From positions 163,432,001-163,496,000 of the forward strand of contig NC_042998.1 in the NCBI RefSeq assembly GCF_006345805.1: 64,000 bases of DNA, in the 5' to 3' direction. Shown here one piece after another: positions 12,993 to 24,735 of the stretch; the first letter of the stretch is position 1; every line of letters begins with the position of its first letter. The notes under the pieces were generated by a model. That model was not told where the DNA came from. It made no database searches and worked only from the letters and a program-made list of their open reading frames with translations. Position numbers and translations under genes: made by a program. This DNA is from Octopus sinensis (lineage: Eukaryota).

Positions 12993-13449
12993 GTGAGTTT
13001 GCTGAACTGCATATTTTCTGAAGAACTACTTGCAAAATTGGAAATAAGTTTAAGTTAACCTGATACAATCATCTTTAACTTTTAAATCTTATTTGATTTT
13101 CTTTTTTTTTTTTTGTTATTAAAGTTTTTGTGCAATTTAAATTTTATTTCTCTTCTTTTATTCCAATTTTCTGCTGAAGGAATGTGTTGTTATTGTTGTT
13201 GTTGTTATTATTATTATCATCATCAAACCTGTCTTGAAATTGAAATCAGATATATTAATGCTGTTGGCAGGGCAGATGGGAAAGACAAAAAAAAAATGGA
13301 AAAAAAGGAAAGACAGTTGCTAAATTGTTGAAATGGCATTAACTTCTTATTTATCACATTTGTATAATTTCCAAATTTTTTTTGATAAATTTTTTTGTCC
13401 CCCACCAACATTTTTTTTTTTTTTTTTTTTACCTAGATGAATTTCACAG

Positions 13450-13533
13450 CCAAGAATTGATAAAATTATGCTAAGACTGAAAAGCTTCTTGATAAATCAT
13501 CATCTTGATAAACTGAACAGACCCGGTTTCTCT
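13450..13533 (+). CDS. Candidate exon of an unidentified host gene (donor uncertain)
   Basis: Long T tract then ...aatttcacag; phase 0 reading PRIDKIMLRLKSFLINHHLDKLNRPGFS is phase-compatible with 12961-12992. An upstream TAG acceptor competes. Confidence 0.3.
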
Positions 13534-14021
13534 GTAAAATCTCAGTTTGTACTCAAACATATGCTTGTCCAAGATTCTTAGAATAGTCTGTTTGTTATGC
13601 AGGCAACTAATAACCATAGGATAGATCTTTGTCTAATGTTATCTTTTCTACTAAATTCTTGATTTGCTTATCATATGAATTTAAAATTGCTTACTCGGAC
13701 AATCTCTCACTAATCTTTAATATTACATTGGTACAAACATGGCTGTGTGGTTAAGAAATTTGCTCTGCAACCACATAGTTTTAGGGTTCAGTCCCACTGC
13801 ATGGCAGTCTAGGAAAGTGTTCTCTACTAAGGCTGACCGATGCCTTGTGAGTAAACATGATAGATAGAGACTGTGTAGAAATGTGTGTGTGTATGTGTGT
13901 AATCCAAATGATAGGACAAAGAAATACTTTAACACATTTTTAATGATCAGTTGCAATTGTTTCTGTACCAACTATGCCTGCAATGCCAGTTTATGCAAAA
14001 ATTCAGAAAAATTATATACAT

Positions 14022-14400
14022 ATAGGAGTGGTTGTTTGGTAAGTAGCTTGTTTACCAACCACATGGTTCCAGGTTCAGTCCCACTGCATGGCACCTTGGG
14101 CAAGTGTCTACTATAGCCTTGGGTCACCCAATGCCTTGTGAGTGGATTTGTCAGGCAGAAACTGAAAGAAGCTTGTCATATATATGTGTGTGTGTGTGTA
14201 TGTAGGTATATATTTATGTGTGTGTGTCTGTGTTTGTTCTCTCACCATTGTTTGACAACCGGTGTTGGTGTGTTTACGTCTCCATAACTTAACAATTTGA
14301 CAAAAGAGACCGATAGAATAAGTACTAGGTTTACAAAGAATAATTCCTGGGATCAATTTCTTTGACTAAAAAAACCTTTTAGTTAGTGCTCCACCATGGC
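14022..14400 (+). mobile_element. tRNA-type SINE, family A (ggagtggctgtgtggtaag...ccttgggcaagtgtcttctactatagc...gactgaaacaagtaaaag)
   Basis: Matches the most abundant repeat in the window; 3' end interrupted by the LINE fragment at 14400. Confidence 0.85.
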
Positions 14401-14670
14401 TGTTGTCATGCCAAAACAACTCTTTTATGGAGACCTCCACATGAACCAAAAAAGAAGTATAAGGATTTGCTGAAGGCTTCCTTAAGAGATGCTTGCATCT
14501 CTCCTGACACATGGGAGGGCACAGCTATTGATCGTAGCAGGTGGAGAAGGATTGTGCATGAGGGGATAGCTACTTTTGAGAAATCTCGAGTTGCAGTGTC
14601 TATGCAAGACCCTGCCTCAGTAAAGCTAGATTCAAGAGTCATCTTCGTAGTCATAAAGCATGACAGATGA
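14400..14670 (+). mobile_element. ORF2 C-terminal fragment of a second (BovB-like) RTE LINE
   Basis: MPKQLFYGDL, then after a frameshift KKKYKDLLKASLRDACISPDTWEGTAIDRSRWRRIVHEG, then a HLRSH remnant; typical of RTE C-termini. Confidence 0.75.
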
Positions 14671-14746
14671 GTGTTTATTTGTTTATTGGTCTGCTAATTT
14701 ATAGACAATAAAAGGGCACAAAAGTGACACAGACATGTCTGTACCT

Positions 14747-14782
<36 letters not shown>

Positions 14783-14999
14783 GATAGGCTTCTTTCAGCT
14801 TTGATCTACCAAATCCATGTACAAGGCTTTGTTTGACACAAGGCTATAGTAGAAGACACCTGGGACTGAATGCAGAAACATGTGGTTGGGAAGCAAACTT
14901 CTTACCACATAGCTATCCCTGCTCTCTATATATATATATATATTTAGCAATTAAGGACACTACTTATAAGGAAAACTTAACAAGAAATTGTCAGGTAGA

Positions 15000-15337
15000 T
15001 AGCGTGAAAACCTCATAAGAGAATAATTTCGAAAATAATTATTTCTTATTGAACATATTAATTTATATATAGAGGGCATATACATACATGCCAGAGGGCA
15101 TTATACATACATGCCACACGCTAAGAGGGACAATAGTCATTTCTACCAAAAATATTACTAATCCCACCGAATGCAATTTTTCAAAGTAAGACATTTAAAA
15201 AATATAGACCTGTATCACAGTGATTTCATACTTACGTATTCATCAGCAGGCCTGAATGTATCATAAATAAACGACCCTGCCCCGCTTAAGCCGATCAGCT
15301 AACTGATCAACATCAACGAAGCACATCAACGAAGCCT
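15000..15337 (-). mobile_element. Probable Penelope-like element terminal fragment carrying a hammerhead
   Basis: Contains the hammerhead below plus short direct repeats (gagggcatatacatacatgcca x2; acatcaacgaagc x2); abuts (TA)n. The family assignment is inferred from the ribozyme type. Confidence 0.5.
15206..15253 (-). ncRNA. Type I minimal hammerhead ribozyme
   Basis: Minus strand AGGCCUG CUGAUGA AUAC GUAA GUAU GAAA UCAC U GUGA U A / CAGGUCU. Complete core, 4-bp stem II with a GUAA loop, palindromic stem III, AUA triplet, 7-bp stem I with one GU pair. Confidence 0.85.
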
Positions 15338-15355
15338 CTATATATAAATATATAT

Positions 15356-15388
<33 letters not shown>

Positions 15389-16329
15389 TATATAATTGAT
15401 TAATAACTCATATGTCTGAAAAAATAAGCAATAGTGTGGGTATATTAATCAAATTATGCAGTATCATAGATTCATTACAGCCAATCTTACCAGTTGGTTT
15501 TGCACCAGATACTAAATAACTAGATAGTTATCTATGACTTGTGCTCTTCAGAGATAGTATGTATGAAAAAATATATAGTGATTACTCTCTGTTACTAGAG
15601 TGAGACAGTATTAAATCTGGTTTATGGTTACTGTTAAAAGACAATGAAATTATGGGAGACAATTTAAACTTGGTATTTATCATAATTCATTTAATTTTTC
15701 TAAGGTCAGATGTGCTTTCTGTTACCAAATCTTGCCTTTCTCCATGCAAGGTAATAGTCCACTAAACTAATGAGAAATGAACATCCAAGTCATAGTTATA
15801 TGGTGAACTGGAAATATATAACCATTTTTTTTATATATATAGTCAGCAAAACACATGAAGAGATGATGAAATATGAACTTATACAGATATGCACATGCAC
15901 ACATACATATGTATGTAGCTCCTACAGATCATCCTGTCCCTCTCCTTCTAAATGTGAGTAACCATTCAGTCATTCTTCAAGAATTTGCTATGCTCATCCT
16001 TATATTTTCACTAACTTGTCCCCTAGCATAAAGATGACCTCGCCTCCAGTCAGGTTTCAAAGACTTGCATGCTGCATTGTGATCCCAGTTGTGCTGGTGG
16101 CATGAAAAAGCATGAAGTACATGCTGTAAAGTGGTGGATGTTTGGAAGTGTATCCAGCTGTAGAAACTGTTCCAAAGCAAACTCTGGAGCACAATGCAGT
16201 CTTTGTACCTATTGGATCCTGTGAAAATGCCCAACCCGTGCCATATACATATACAATACACTCGTTCAGTTTCTGTCTACCAATTTCACTCACTAGATAT
16301 TAGTCGCTCTGTGAATAAAGTATAGAACA

Positions 16330-16690
16330 CCAGCCAACCACATGCTTCTAGGTTCAGTCCCACTGTGTGGCATCTTTGGTAAGTGTCATCTACTATAATC
16401 TTGGGCCAACCAAAGGATTGTGAGTGGATTTGGTAGACAGAAACTGAAAAAGGCCCATCATATACATCTATGTGTGTGTTTTTGTGTATGTGTTTGTACC
16501 CGCCACCACTGCTACTGCTTGACAGTTGGTGTTAGTTTGTTTGCACCCTTGTAATTTGGCAGTTCAACAAGAGAAACTGATAGAATAAGTACAAGCTTAA
16601 AAAATAAGTACTAGGGTCGATTTTTTCAACTAAACCCTGTGCCTCTTCATACCCACAGTCTAATGATTGAAGCAAGTAAAAGTTAAGAGA
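16330..16690 (+). mobile_element. SINE family A, older copy
   Basis: ggttcagtcccactgtgtggcatctttggtaagtgtc...gaaactgaaa...tgattgaagcaagtaaaag. Confidence 0.8.
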
Positions 16691-17271
16691 CAAAACGTGT
16701 ATATATATTAATCGAAGTGTATCATATTATATATCCATTATACCTAACATTACCAATTCGTTTCACATTAGGGGTTCACCAGGGTGTTAGATAACAGCCT
16801 TGCACTGCACTTTTCTACATATTGAGCTGTTATTTAACACTCCCCTGAAACCTTAGAGTGAAATCAATTGATAAGATCGACCGTAAGGGGTATATAATAC
16901 TGTACAATTTGATTAATATACCCACTCTATTGACAAATATATAAGTGGGTATTTTTTCTAACTTATGGTTTCTTAGGTGGCTATATATGTATGTATGCAT
17001 GTATGTCATTCAGTTTTATTTCAAGATTTCTTGCCAATAGAGAAAGAGCCGGTTTCTATACTTGAACTAAGGCTCCATCATTGGAATTTGAACATCAACA
17101 ATGGGGTATTTTTGTACATATATATGTTTGTATATGTGCAGATTTATGTTTTGTTTTATGTATGTCTTTTCATGCATATGCTTTCATATCTAGACATGCT
17201 CATATATACTTAAATGATAAACTTTTGGGAAGTTTTACAAATTTTTATGTATGAATATATGGATGGATGTA

Positions 17272-17303
<32 letters not shown>

Positions 17304-17775
17304 CCTTGCCTGCAATGTGATGTAATATGAACCGTGGGACAGTATACTTGTTATTGGACCATCTACCAACTTGTCTAGTTGTAACCTTATTTGAAGATAA
17401 TTTATCATATTCATCTTATTCAAGAACTGGATCAAATGAAGTTTTTTCAGGCGTTTCCTATATTCTTTAGAGTCTTGTACACTGTTTTCTTAGTGTACTT
17501 TTTGTTTTTGCTTCTAATATCTTCTTGAGCTCTTTGTTGACCACTCCTGAAAAGAGCTTCCACTTTGTAATATACATATAGAAGCACACACATACAAAAA
17601 TATACATACATGTGTATGTGTGTGTGTGTGTGGGGGGGTGTACACGTAAGTAATGCAATATGATATTCTTCTTGAAGTATTTTGCATATTATTTTGTATG
17701 TAAAAGCTTTGTTCTTGCAAACTCATGCACATATGCATACATGTATGTATTTTTATGTATACACATATATATATG

Positions 17776-17847
<72 letters not shown>

Positions 17848-19440
17848 ACATACACACAAAGACATAATTGTGGTCTAACATGATTACAAGATCAGAATCT
17901 TCCGTGTGTGTGTATGCATTTATATGTGTGTATATATATATATATATTCAATACAAACCTGGTTTTCAATGTTACAATAATTTAATATGTGGTTTTCATA
18001 TTTGTTGATGTTTTAATTTATGTATTTATTTTCTTATTTATTTATCCGCTGTTGCTATCTATTTAATTGTTATTTTTACACTAAAGATACTTGGTAGTAA
18101 AATTTTTCTAGTTTTCTTTCTTCGTGTAGTTATATTTATATTTTATTTTATTTTTTTTTAAACACCAAAAATACACTTTCAACTTTTTCTTGTTTTTTTT
18201 TTTTCATTTTTTTTTTCTTTCTGATATCTTCAGGCTCTATAGGCAGAATCTTTAGGTTTTTGTGTCTGTATGTCTTCAGATATATTGCACTATGTTTCAC
18301 TTATTTCTTAAACTTTCTCTTTCACCAAACATATATTTGTTTTTGCTGCTTTTGGTATTTGTCTACTATTTATTTATACATACATAACGTTTTATTTTAA
18401 CCCATATATACACATATAAAAATATACATACATATATTTATATATGTGTATATCTATATCTATCTATCTATCTATCTATCTATAAATATATATATATGTG
18501 TACACACACACCATATATGTGTGTTATTTATGTATTTATTTTTAGTCTATTATTTTTTTTAATGAGATATTGAGTGGACAATCAGTGACTTCATACTAAA
18601 CTTCATTCATTCAGTCCGTTCCTTGCTGTGAGAACTTCAAACTATGAAATGAAAACCTAATCTAAACACATGGTTTCATGCACAGGCAAACAACATATCT
18701 ATGCTGCAAGGCTGTTTGCTATAGTTTTCTGACTTTTCAAACAAGCAAGCCATTTTTTTTATAGTTGTTTATTTTATTTTAATTTTCTTGTTCTTCATTT
18801 TCTATTTTGTGTAGACCAGATTTTTTTTTTTTTGTTATTCCAATCTTCTCCTCCTCCCTGTCCTCTCAGGCTCTTTCGGATTCACTCTTCTCTCTTTCTC
18901 TCTTCTTATATGTGATTTTTAACCTTCTCTCTATTTTGGTGGCATCGGCCTATCATTTTTCTCACAACAATTTTCTTTTATCAATAACTTTTAATCCTGA
19001 GTGCATGCAGATAAACTTGCGTTAGATAGAAATCAGAGTTAAAATGAACAAATGAGAGTTTGTGGTGGCGGTGGGGAGGGAAGAGGAGACAAAGTGTAAC
19101 AATATACAAACATTCTCATTGGTTTTAAGTTAACTCTTGAAGGATGTTCAGGGAAGTATATTGATATTGGTTCAGTACATGACAAAAGAGGAAAAGAACG
19201 AGAGAATGAGATATATTTCTTTTCATGATACATGTTCTTTACATTCCAGTTTTATGAACATCTTTTGTGAAGAACTATTTCATTTTCAAATATAACTGTG
19301 AATGATTTATAATTACAGAAAACTAATTTGTTTAGCTTTCCTTTTGTGTATTAATAATACCTTTTAAAGCTTCAGTAGCTGTATGGTTTGGTGGGTATTT
19401 TAAATTCTAATCCAAACGACATCTATCTGTCTTTTATTTT

Positions 19441-19921
19441 TTACTTGTTTCAGTCACTGGACTGTGGCCATGCTGGGGCACATCCTTGAAGGATTTTAGT
19501 CAAACAGATCTACCCCAGTATATAAGTTTTATTTTCATAACTGGTACTTACTCTATTGTTTTGTTTTTTTTGCCAAACCACTAAGTTATGGGGAGATAAA
19601 CAAACCAACACTGGTCGTCAAGCAATAAGCAGTGTGACAGACACAAACATAATGACACATACACACAGTCGCTCACACACACACACACACACACACCCAA
19701 CATCATTTTAATGTTTATTTTTTGATGCTTGCATGGACTGGAAGATGAATATTGAGGTAGACTTTTCTATGGCTGGATGTCCTTCCCATCACCAACCCTC
19801 ACCTGTTTCCAAACAAGGTCATATTCCCCCAAAACCAGACATGGTCTCATAGAATACTGGAAATGAATGACACCGTATGACAGGGAGACTTGTTTACAAC
19901 AATCACAAGCACACTCACACA

Positions 19922-19952
<31 letters not shown>

Positions 19953-20136
19953 TACATACATGTATACATACCATGGACTTCTTTCAGTTTCCATCTACCA
20001 AATTCACTCACAAGGTTTTGGTCAGCCTAAGGATATAGCATAAAACACTTGCCCAAGATGGCATGCAGTAGTATGGAACCCAGAACTATGTGATTGGGAA
20101 ACAAATAAATTAGTATACAGCCACAACAGTGCCCTG
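19441..20136 (-). mobile_element. SINE family A with another repeat nested at ~19700-19905
   Basis: Reverse complement of the family A tail (ttacttgtttcagtca) and of the head (cccaagatggcatgcagt...cccagaactatgtg). Confidence 0.8.
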
Positions 20137-20145
20137 TATATATAT

Positions 20146-20312
20146 AGGCATAGGAGTGGCTGTGTGGTAAATAGCTTGCTTATGAATCACATGGTTCCAG
20201 ATTCAGTCCCACTGCGTGGCACCTTGGGCAAGTGTCTTCTACTATAGCCTCAGGCCGACCACAGCCTTGTAAGTGGATTTGGTTGATGGAAACTGAAAGA
20301 AGCCCATCATAT

Positions 20313-20363
<51 letters not shown>

Positions 20364-20570
20364 ATACATTTGTGTATCTGTGTTTGTCTCCTCAACATCA
20401 CTTGACAACCGATGCTGGTGTGTTTACATCTCCACAACTTAGCGGTTCGGCAAAAGAGACCGATAGAATAAGTACTAGGTTTACAAAGAATAAGTCCTGG
20501 GGTCGATTTGCTCGACTAAAGGCAGTGCTCCAGCACGGCCACAGTCAAATGACTGAAACAAGTAAAAGAG
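20146..20570 (+). mobile_element. Full-length SINE family A
   Basis: aggcataggagtggctgtgtggtaaatagcttgc ... aatgactgaaacaagtaaaagag; internal (TA)/(TG) tract. Confidence 0.9.
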
Positions 20571-20588
20571 TATATATATATATATATA

Positions 20589-21770
20589 CTAGCTTAAGGT
20601 GACCCGCTCTACGCGCGGGTAAGAGTGTGGTTGTTACTTTCTGTTGCTTCCTTTCAGCACGTAAAAAGCACCATCCGAACGTGGCCGATTGCAGCGCTAC
20701 CTCGACTGGCTTCTGTGCCGGTGGCACGTAAAAAGCACCAACCGATCGTGGCCGCTGCCAGCCCCCCTGGCACCTGTGCCGGTGGCACGAAAAAAGCACC
20801 CACTACACTCACAGAGTGGTTGGCGTTAGGAAGGGCATCCACCTGTAGAAATCACTGCCAGATCAGACTGGAGCCTGGTGCAGCCTCCTGGCTTCCCAGA
20901 CCCCAGTCAAACTGTCCAACCCGTGCTAGCACGGAAAACGGACGTTAAACGATGATGATGATGATCCCTCTTTGTTTCTCTCTCCTTTCTCTCTCACTTT
21001 CCCACTCTCTTACTTTTCTTTTCTCTCGGACTCTCCCTCACTTTCTCTTACTCTCTATCTTTATCTACCTCTCTCCCATTTATAAACAACAAAAGATCTT
21101 GAGTAAGTTGAGAAATAAAATATTTAGAAAGATCAATCATAAATATCAGGCAGTGGCAACAGAAAGGTCTGCTTCAAGGGAGACAGCAAAACACTAACAT
21201 TTAAAAGGGACAGACGAACTTGCGAGCTGAATAAAAATAATAAAATATTGGAAACCAAAGTTTGAAGGGATAGAATCTGAGGATAGTAGAGTCACCATGG
21301 CTGGCATTTCTTAACGACGGACAGCAACGTATTGACAGTTTAACGGCTGGCGTAAAATTTTGAATTTGATGTAAAAGAAAATTCCTAAACACCAAGTTTT
21401 GAAGTGATTCTTTCTCACGACAGTAGACTCACCATGGCAAGCATTCAAAACTTCTTCATCATGGACGGCAACACATTGACGATTAAAAGGCTGGTGCAAA
21501 TTTTTTAGCTTGATGTAACAGAGAATTCCTAAACACCCACTCCTTTAAATTTTAATCCCCTTCAAGCCCCATTTAGACCCCTTTTCACATTTTGGTTAAT
21601 ATAACCCGATTTCATTCGGGTCTACTGGGGCCAAATTTTATAGGATGAGGAATTTTGTCCTAGAGGTCACGCCTTTCATTTGAGGAAAAAAATAGTTGTC
21701 ATGCAAACTTGCCAGCACTTTTAACATAGGTGTGCATATTTTCAGCTCAACCGACCACATAATGCACACA
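20589..21770 (-). mobile_element. Non-autonomous Helitron-like element (3' end clear, 5' end uncertain) with an RTE-tail copy nested at ~20655-20965
   Basis: On the minus strand, hairpin cccgcgcgtagagcggg is followed 10 nt later by CTAG|T; internal ~115-bp direct repeats at 21281-21538. Confidence 0.6.
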
Positions 21771-21795
21771 TTATATATATATATATATATATAGG

Positions 21796-21831
<36 letters not shown>

Positions 21832-22240
21832 CGCATTATATATACAAATGTATACAAATTATATATATATACGTATAAATTAAATTAGAGATAAAACCAC
21901 TAATAGGCAAATCAAACAGTGAAAAACAAAAATCAAAAACATAAACATAAAAATAAAAATATAATATACAAAATATATAAAATATAAAATTGAAAAATTT
22001 AATTTATTTAAATTTAGAATAAAAATTATTAATTTATATTTATAATTTAAAAAAATATATATATCATCATCATCATCATCATCATTTAACGTCCGCTTTC
22101 CATGCTAGCATGGGTTGGACGGTTCAACTGGGGTCTGGGGAGCCCGAAAGCTGCACCAGTCCAGTCAGATCTGGCAGTGTTTCTACAGCTGGATGCCCTT
22201 CCTAACGCCAACCACTCCGAGAGTGTAGTGGGTGATTTTA

Positions 22241-24735
22241 TGTGCCACCGACACAGGTGCCAGACGAGGCTGACAAAACGGCACGCTCGGATGGTGTTTT
22301 TATGTGCCACCGACACAGGTGCCAGACGAGGCTGGCAGACGGCCACGCTCGGATGGTGTTTTTTATGTGCCACCGACACAGGTGCCAGACGAGGCTGGCA
22401 GACGGCCACGCTCGGATGGTGTTTTTATGTGCCACCGACACAGGTGCCAGACGAGGCTGGCAGACGGCCACGCTCGGATGGTGTTTTTATGTGCCACCGA
22501 CACAGGTGCCAGATGAGGCTGGCAAACGGCCACGATCGGATGGTGCTTGTTACGTGCCCACAGCACGGAGGCCAGTCGATGCGGTACTGGCTACGGCCAC
22601 GTTCGGATGGTTTTCTTATGTGCCACGTGCCACCGGCACTGGTACCACAAAGATACAAATTCCATTGATGTTCATCTATTTTGATTGTTTTGATTTGTTT
22701 TGATTTTCACTTGCCTCAACAGGTCTTCACAAGTGTCACAAGAAGGAAGGTATGCACAGGTGGACTGACTACGTCCCAGGTAGGGGCCATGGGTTATGGC
22801 CTGACTAGTCTTGCCGGGTCTTCGGATGGTGTTTTTATGTGCCACCGACACAGGTGCTAGATGAGGCTGGCGAACGGCCACGATCGGATGGTGTTTGACA
22901 TGTGCCCACCGCACTGACTACGGCACTGATGGATTCTTGTGTGCCACAGGCACTGGTACCACAAGATACAAATTCCATTGATGTTCATCTATTTTGTCTA
23001 TTTTGATTTTGATTTGATTTGATTTTCACTTGCCTCAACCGGTCTTCACAAGTGTCACAAGAAGGAAGGAAGGTATGCACAGGTGGACTGACTAGTCTTG
23101 ACGGGTCTTCGGAAGGTGTTTTATGTGCCACCGACACAGGTGCCAGATGAGGCTGGCGAACGGCCATGATCGGATGGTGTTTGTTACGTGCCCACAGCAC
23201 GGAGGCCGGTCGATGCGGAACTGGCTACGGCCACGTTCGGATGGTTCTCATGTGTGCCACCGGCACTGGTACCACAAAGTGTGTGCCACCGGCACTGGTA
23301 CCACAAAGATACAGATTCCATTGATGTTCATCTATTTTGATTTGTTTTGATTTGATTTTCACTTGCCTCAACAGGTCTTCACAAGTGACACAAGAAGGAA
23401 GGTATGCACAGGTGGACTGACTACGTCCCAGGTAGGGGCCATGGGTTATTATGGCCTGACTAGTCTTGCCGGGTCTTTGGATGGTGTTTTTATGTGCCAC
23501 CGACACAGGTGCTAGATGAGGCTGGCGAACGGCCACGATCGGATGGTGTTTGTCATGTGCCCACAGAACGGAGGCCAGTCGATGCGGTACTGGCTACGGC
23601 CACTTTCGGATGGTTTTCTCTTGTGTGCCACCGGCACTGGTACCACAAAGATACAAATTCCATTGATGTTCATCTATTTTGATTTGTTTTGATTTGATTT
23701 TGATTTTGATTTGATTTTCACTTGCCTCAACAGCCTTTGATTTTCACTTGCCTCAACAGGCCTTCACAAGTATCACAAGGAGGAAGGTATGCACAGGTGG
23801 ACTGACTACGTCCCAGGTAGGGGCCATGGTTTATGGCCTGACTAGTCTTGCCGGGTCTTCGGAAGGTGTTTTATGTGCCACCGACACAGGTGCTAGATGA
23901 GGCTGGCGAACGGCCACGACCGGATGGTGTTTGTTATGTGCCCACAGCACGATGGCCAGTGATGCGGTACTGACTACGGCCATGTTCGGATGGATTCTTG
24001 TGTGCCACCGGCACTGGTACCACAAGCGGTACTGACTACTTTTTATGTGCCACCGACACAGGTGCTAGATGAGGCTGGCGAACGGCCACGACCGGATGGT
24101 GTTTGTTATGTGCCCACAGCACGATGGCCAGTGATGCGGTACTGACTACGGCCACGGTCGGATGGATTCTTGTGTGCCACCGGCCCTGGTACCACAAGCG
24201 GTACTGACTACGGCCACGTTCGGATGGATTCTTGTGTGCCACCGGCACTGGTACCACAAGCGGTCCTGACTACGGCCACGTTCGGATGGATTCTTGTGTG
24301 GCACTGGTACCACAAGGATACAAATTCCATTGATGTTCATCTATTTTGATTTGTTTTGATTTGATTTGATTTTCACTTGCCTCAGCAGGTCTTCACAAGT
24401 CGGAAGGTATGTACAGGTGGACTGACTATGTCCCAGGTAGGGCCCACGGGTTATGACCTGACTAGTCTTGCCGGGTCTTCGGATGGTGTTTTTATGTGCC
24501 ACCATGTTCCCACAGCACGGAGGCCAGTCGATGCGGGGTACTGGCTACGGCCACGTTCGGATGGTTTTCTTGTGTGCCACAGGCACGGTACCACAAAGAT
24601 ACAAATTCCATTGATGTTCATCTATTTTGATTGATTTTCACTTGCCTCAGCAGGTCTTCACAAGTGTCACAAGAAGGAAGGTATGCACAGGTGGATCGAC
24701 TACGTCCCAGGTAGGGGCCACGTGATATGGCCTGA
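22241..24735 (-). repeat. Higher-order tandem array forming the RTE 3' UTR
   Basis: Five ~62-bp units start at 22241, 22303, 22366, 22428 and 22490. They are followed by about six 245-620-bp modules, each containing ctgactagtc, the ORF2 stop-codon context. Confidence 0.9.

Noticed and set aside
15235-15250. 16-nt minus-strand microexon with a gtaagt donor
   Set aside because: The apparent donor is stem II and loop of the hammerhead, which explains the sequence more completely.
22241-22520. CRISPR-like regular repeats
   Set aside because: Contiguous 62-bp units with no unique spacers and no cas genes, in a eukaryotic LINE context.
22086-24634. Many overlapping ORFs of 60-188 aa
   Set aside because: They come from the tandemly repeated RTE 3' UTR, are open on both strands and are repetitive.
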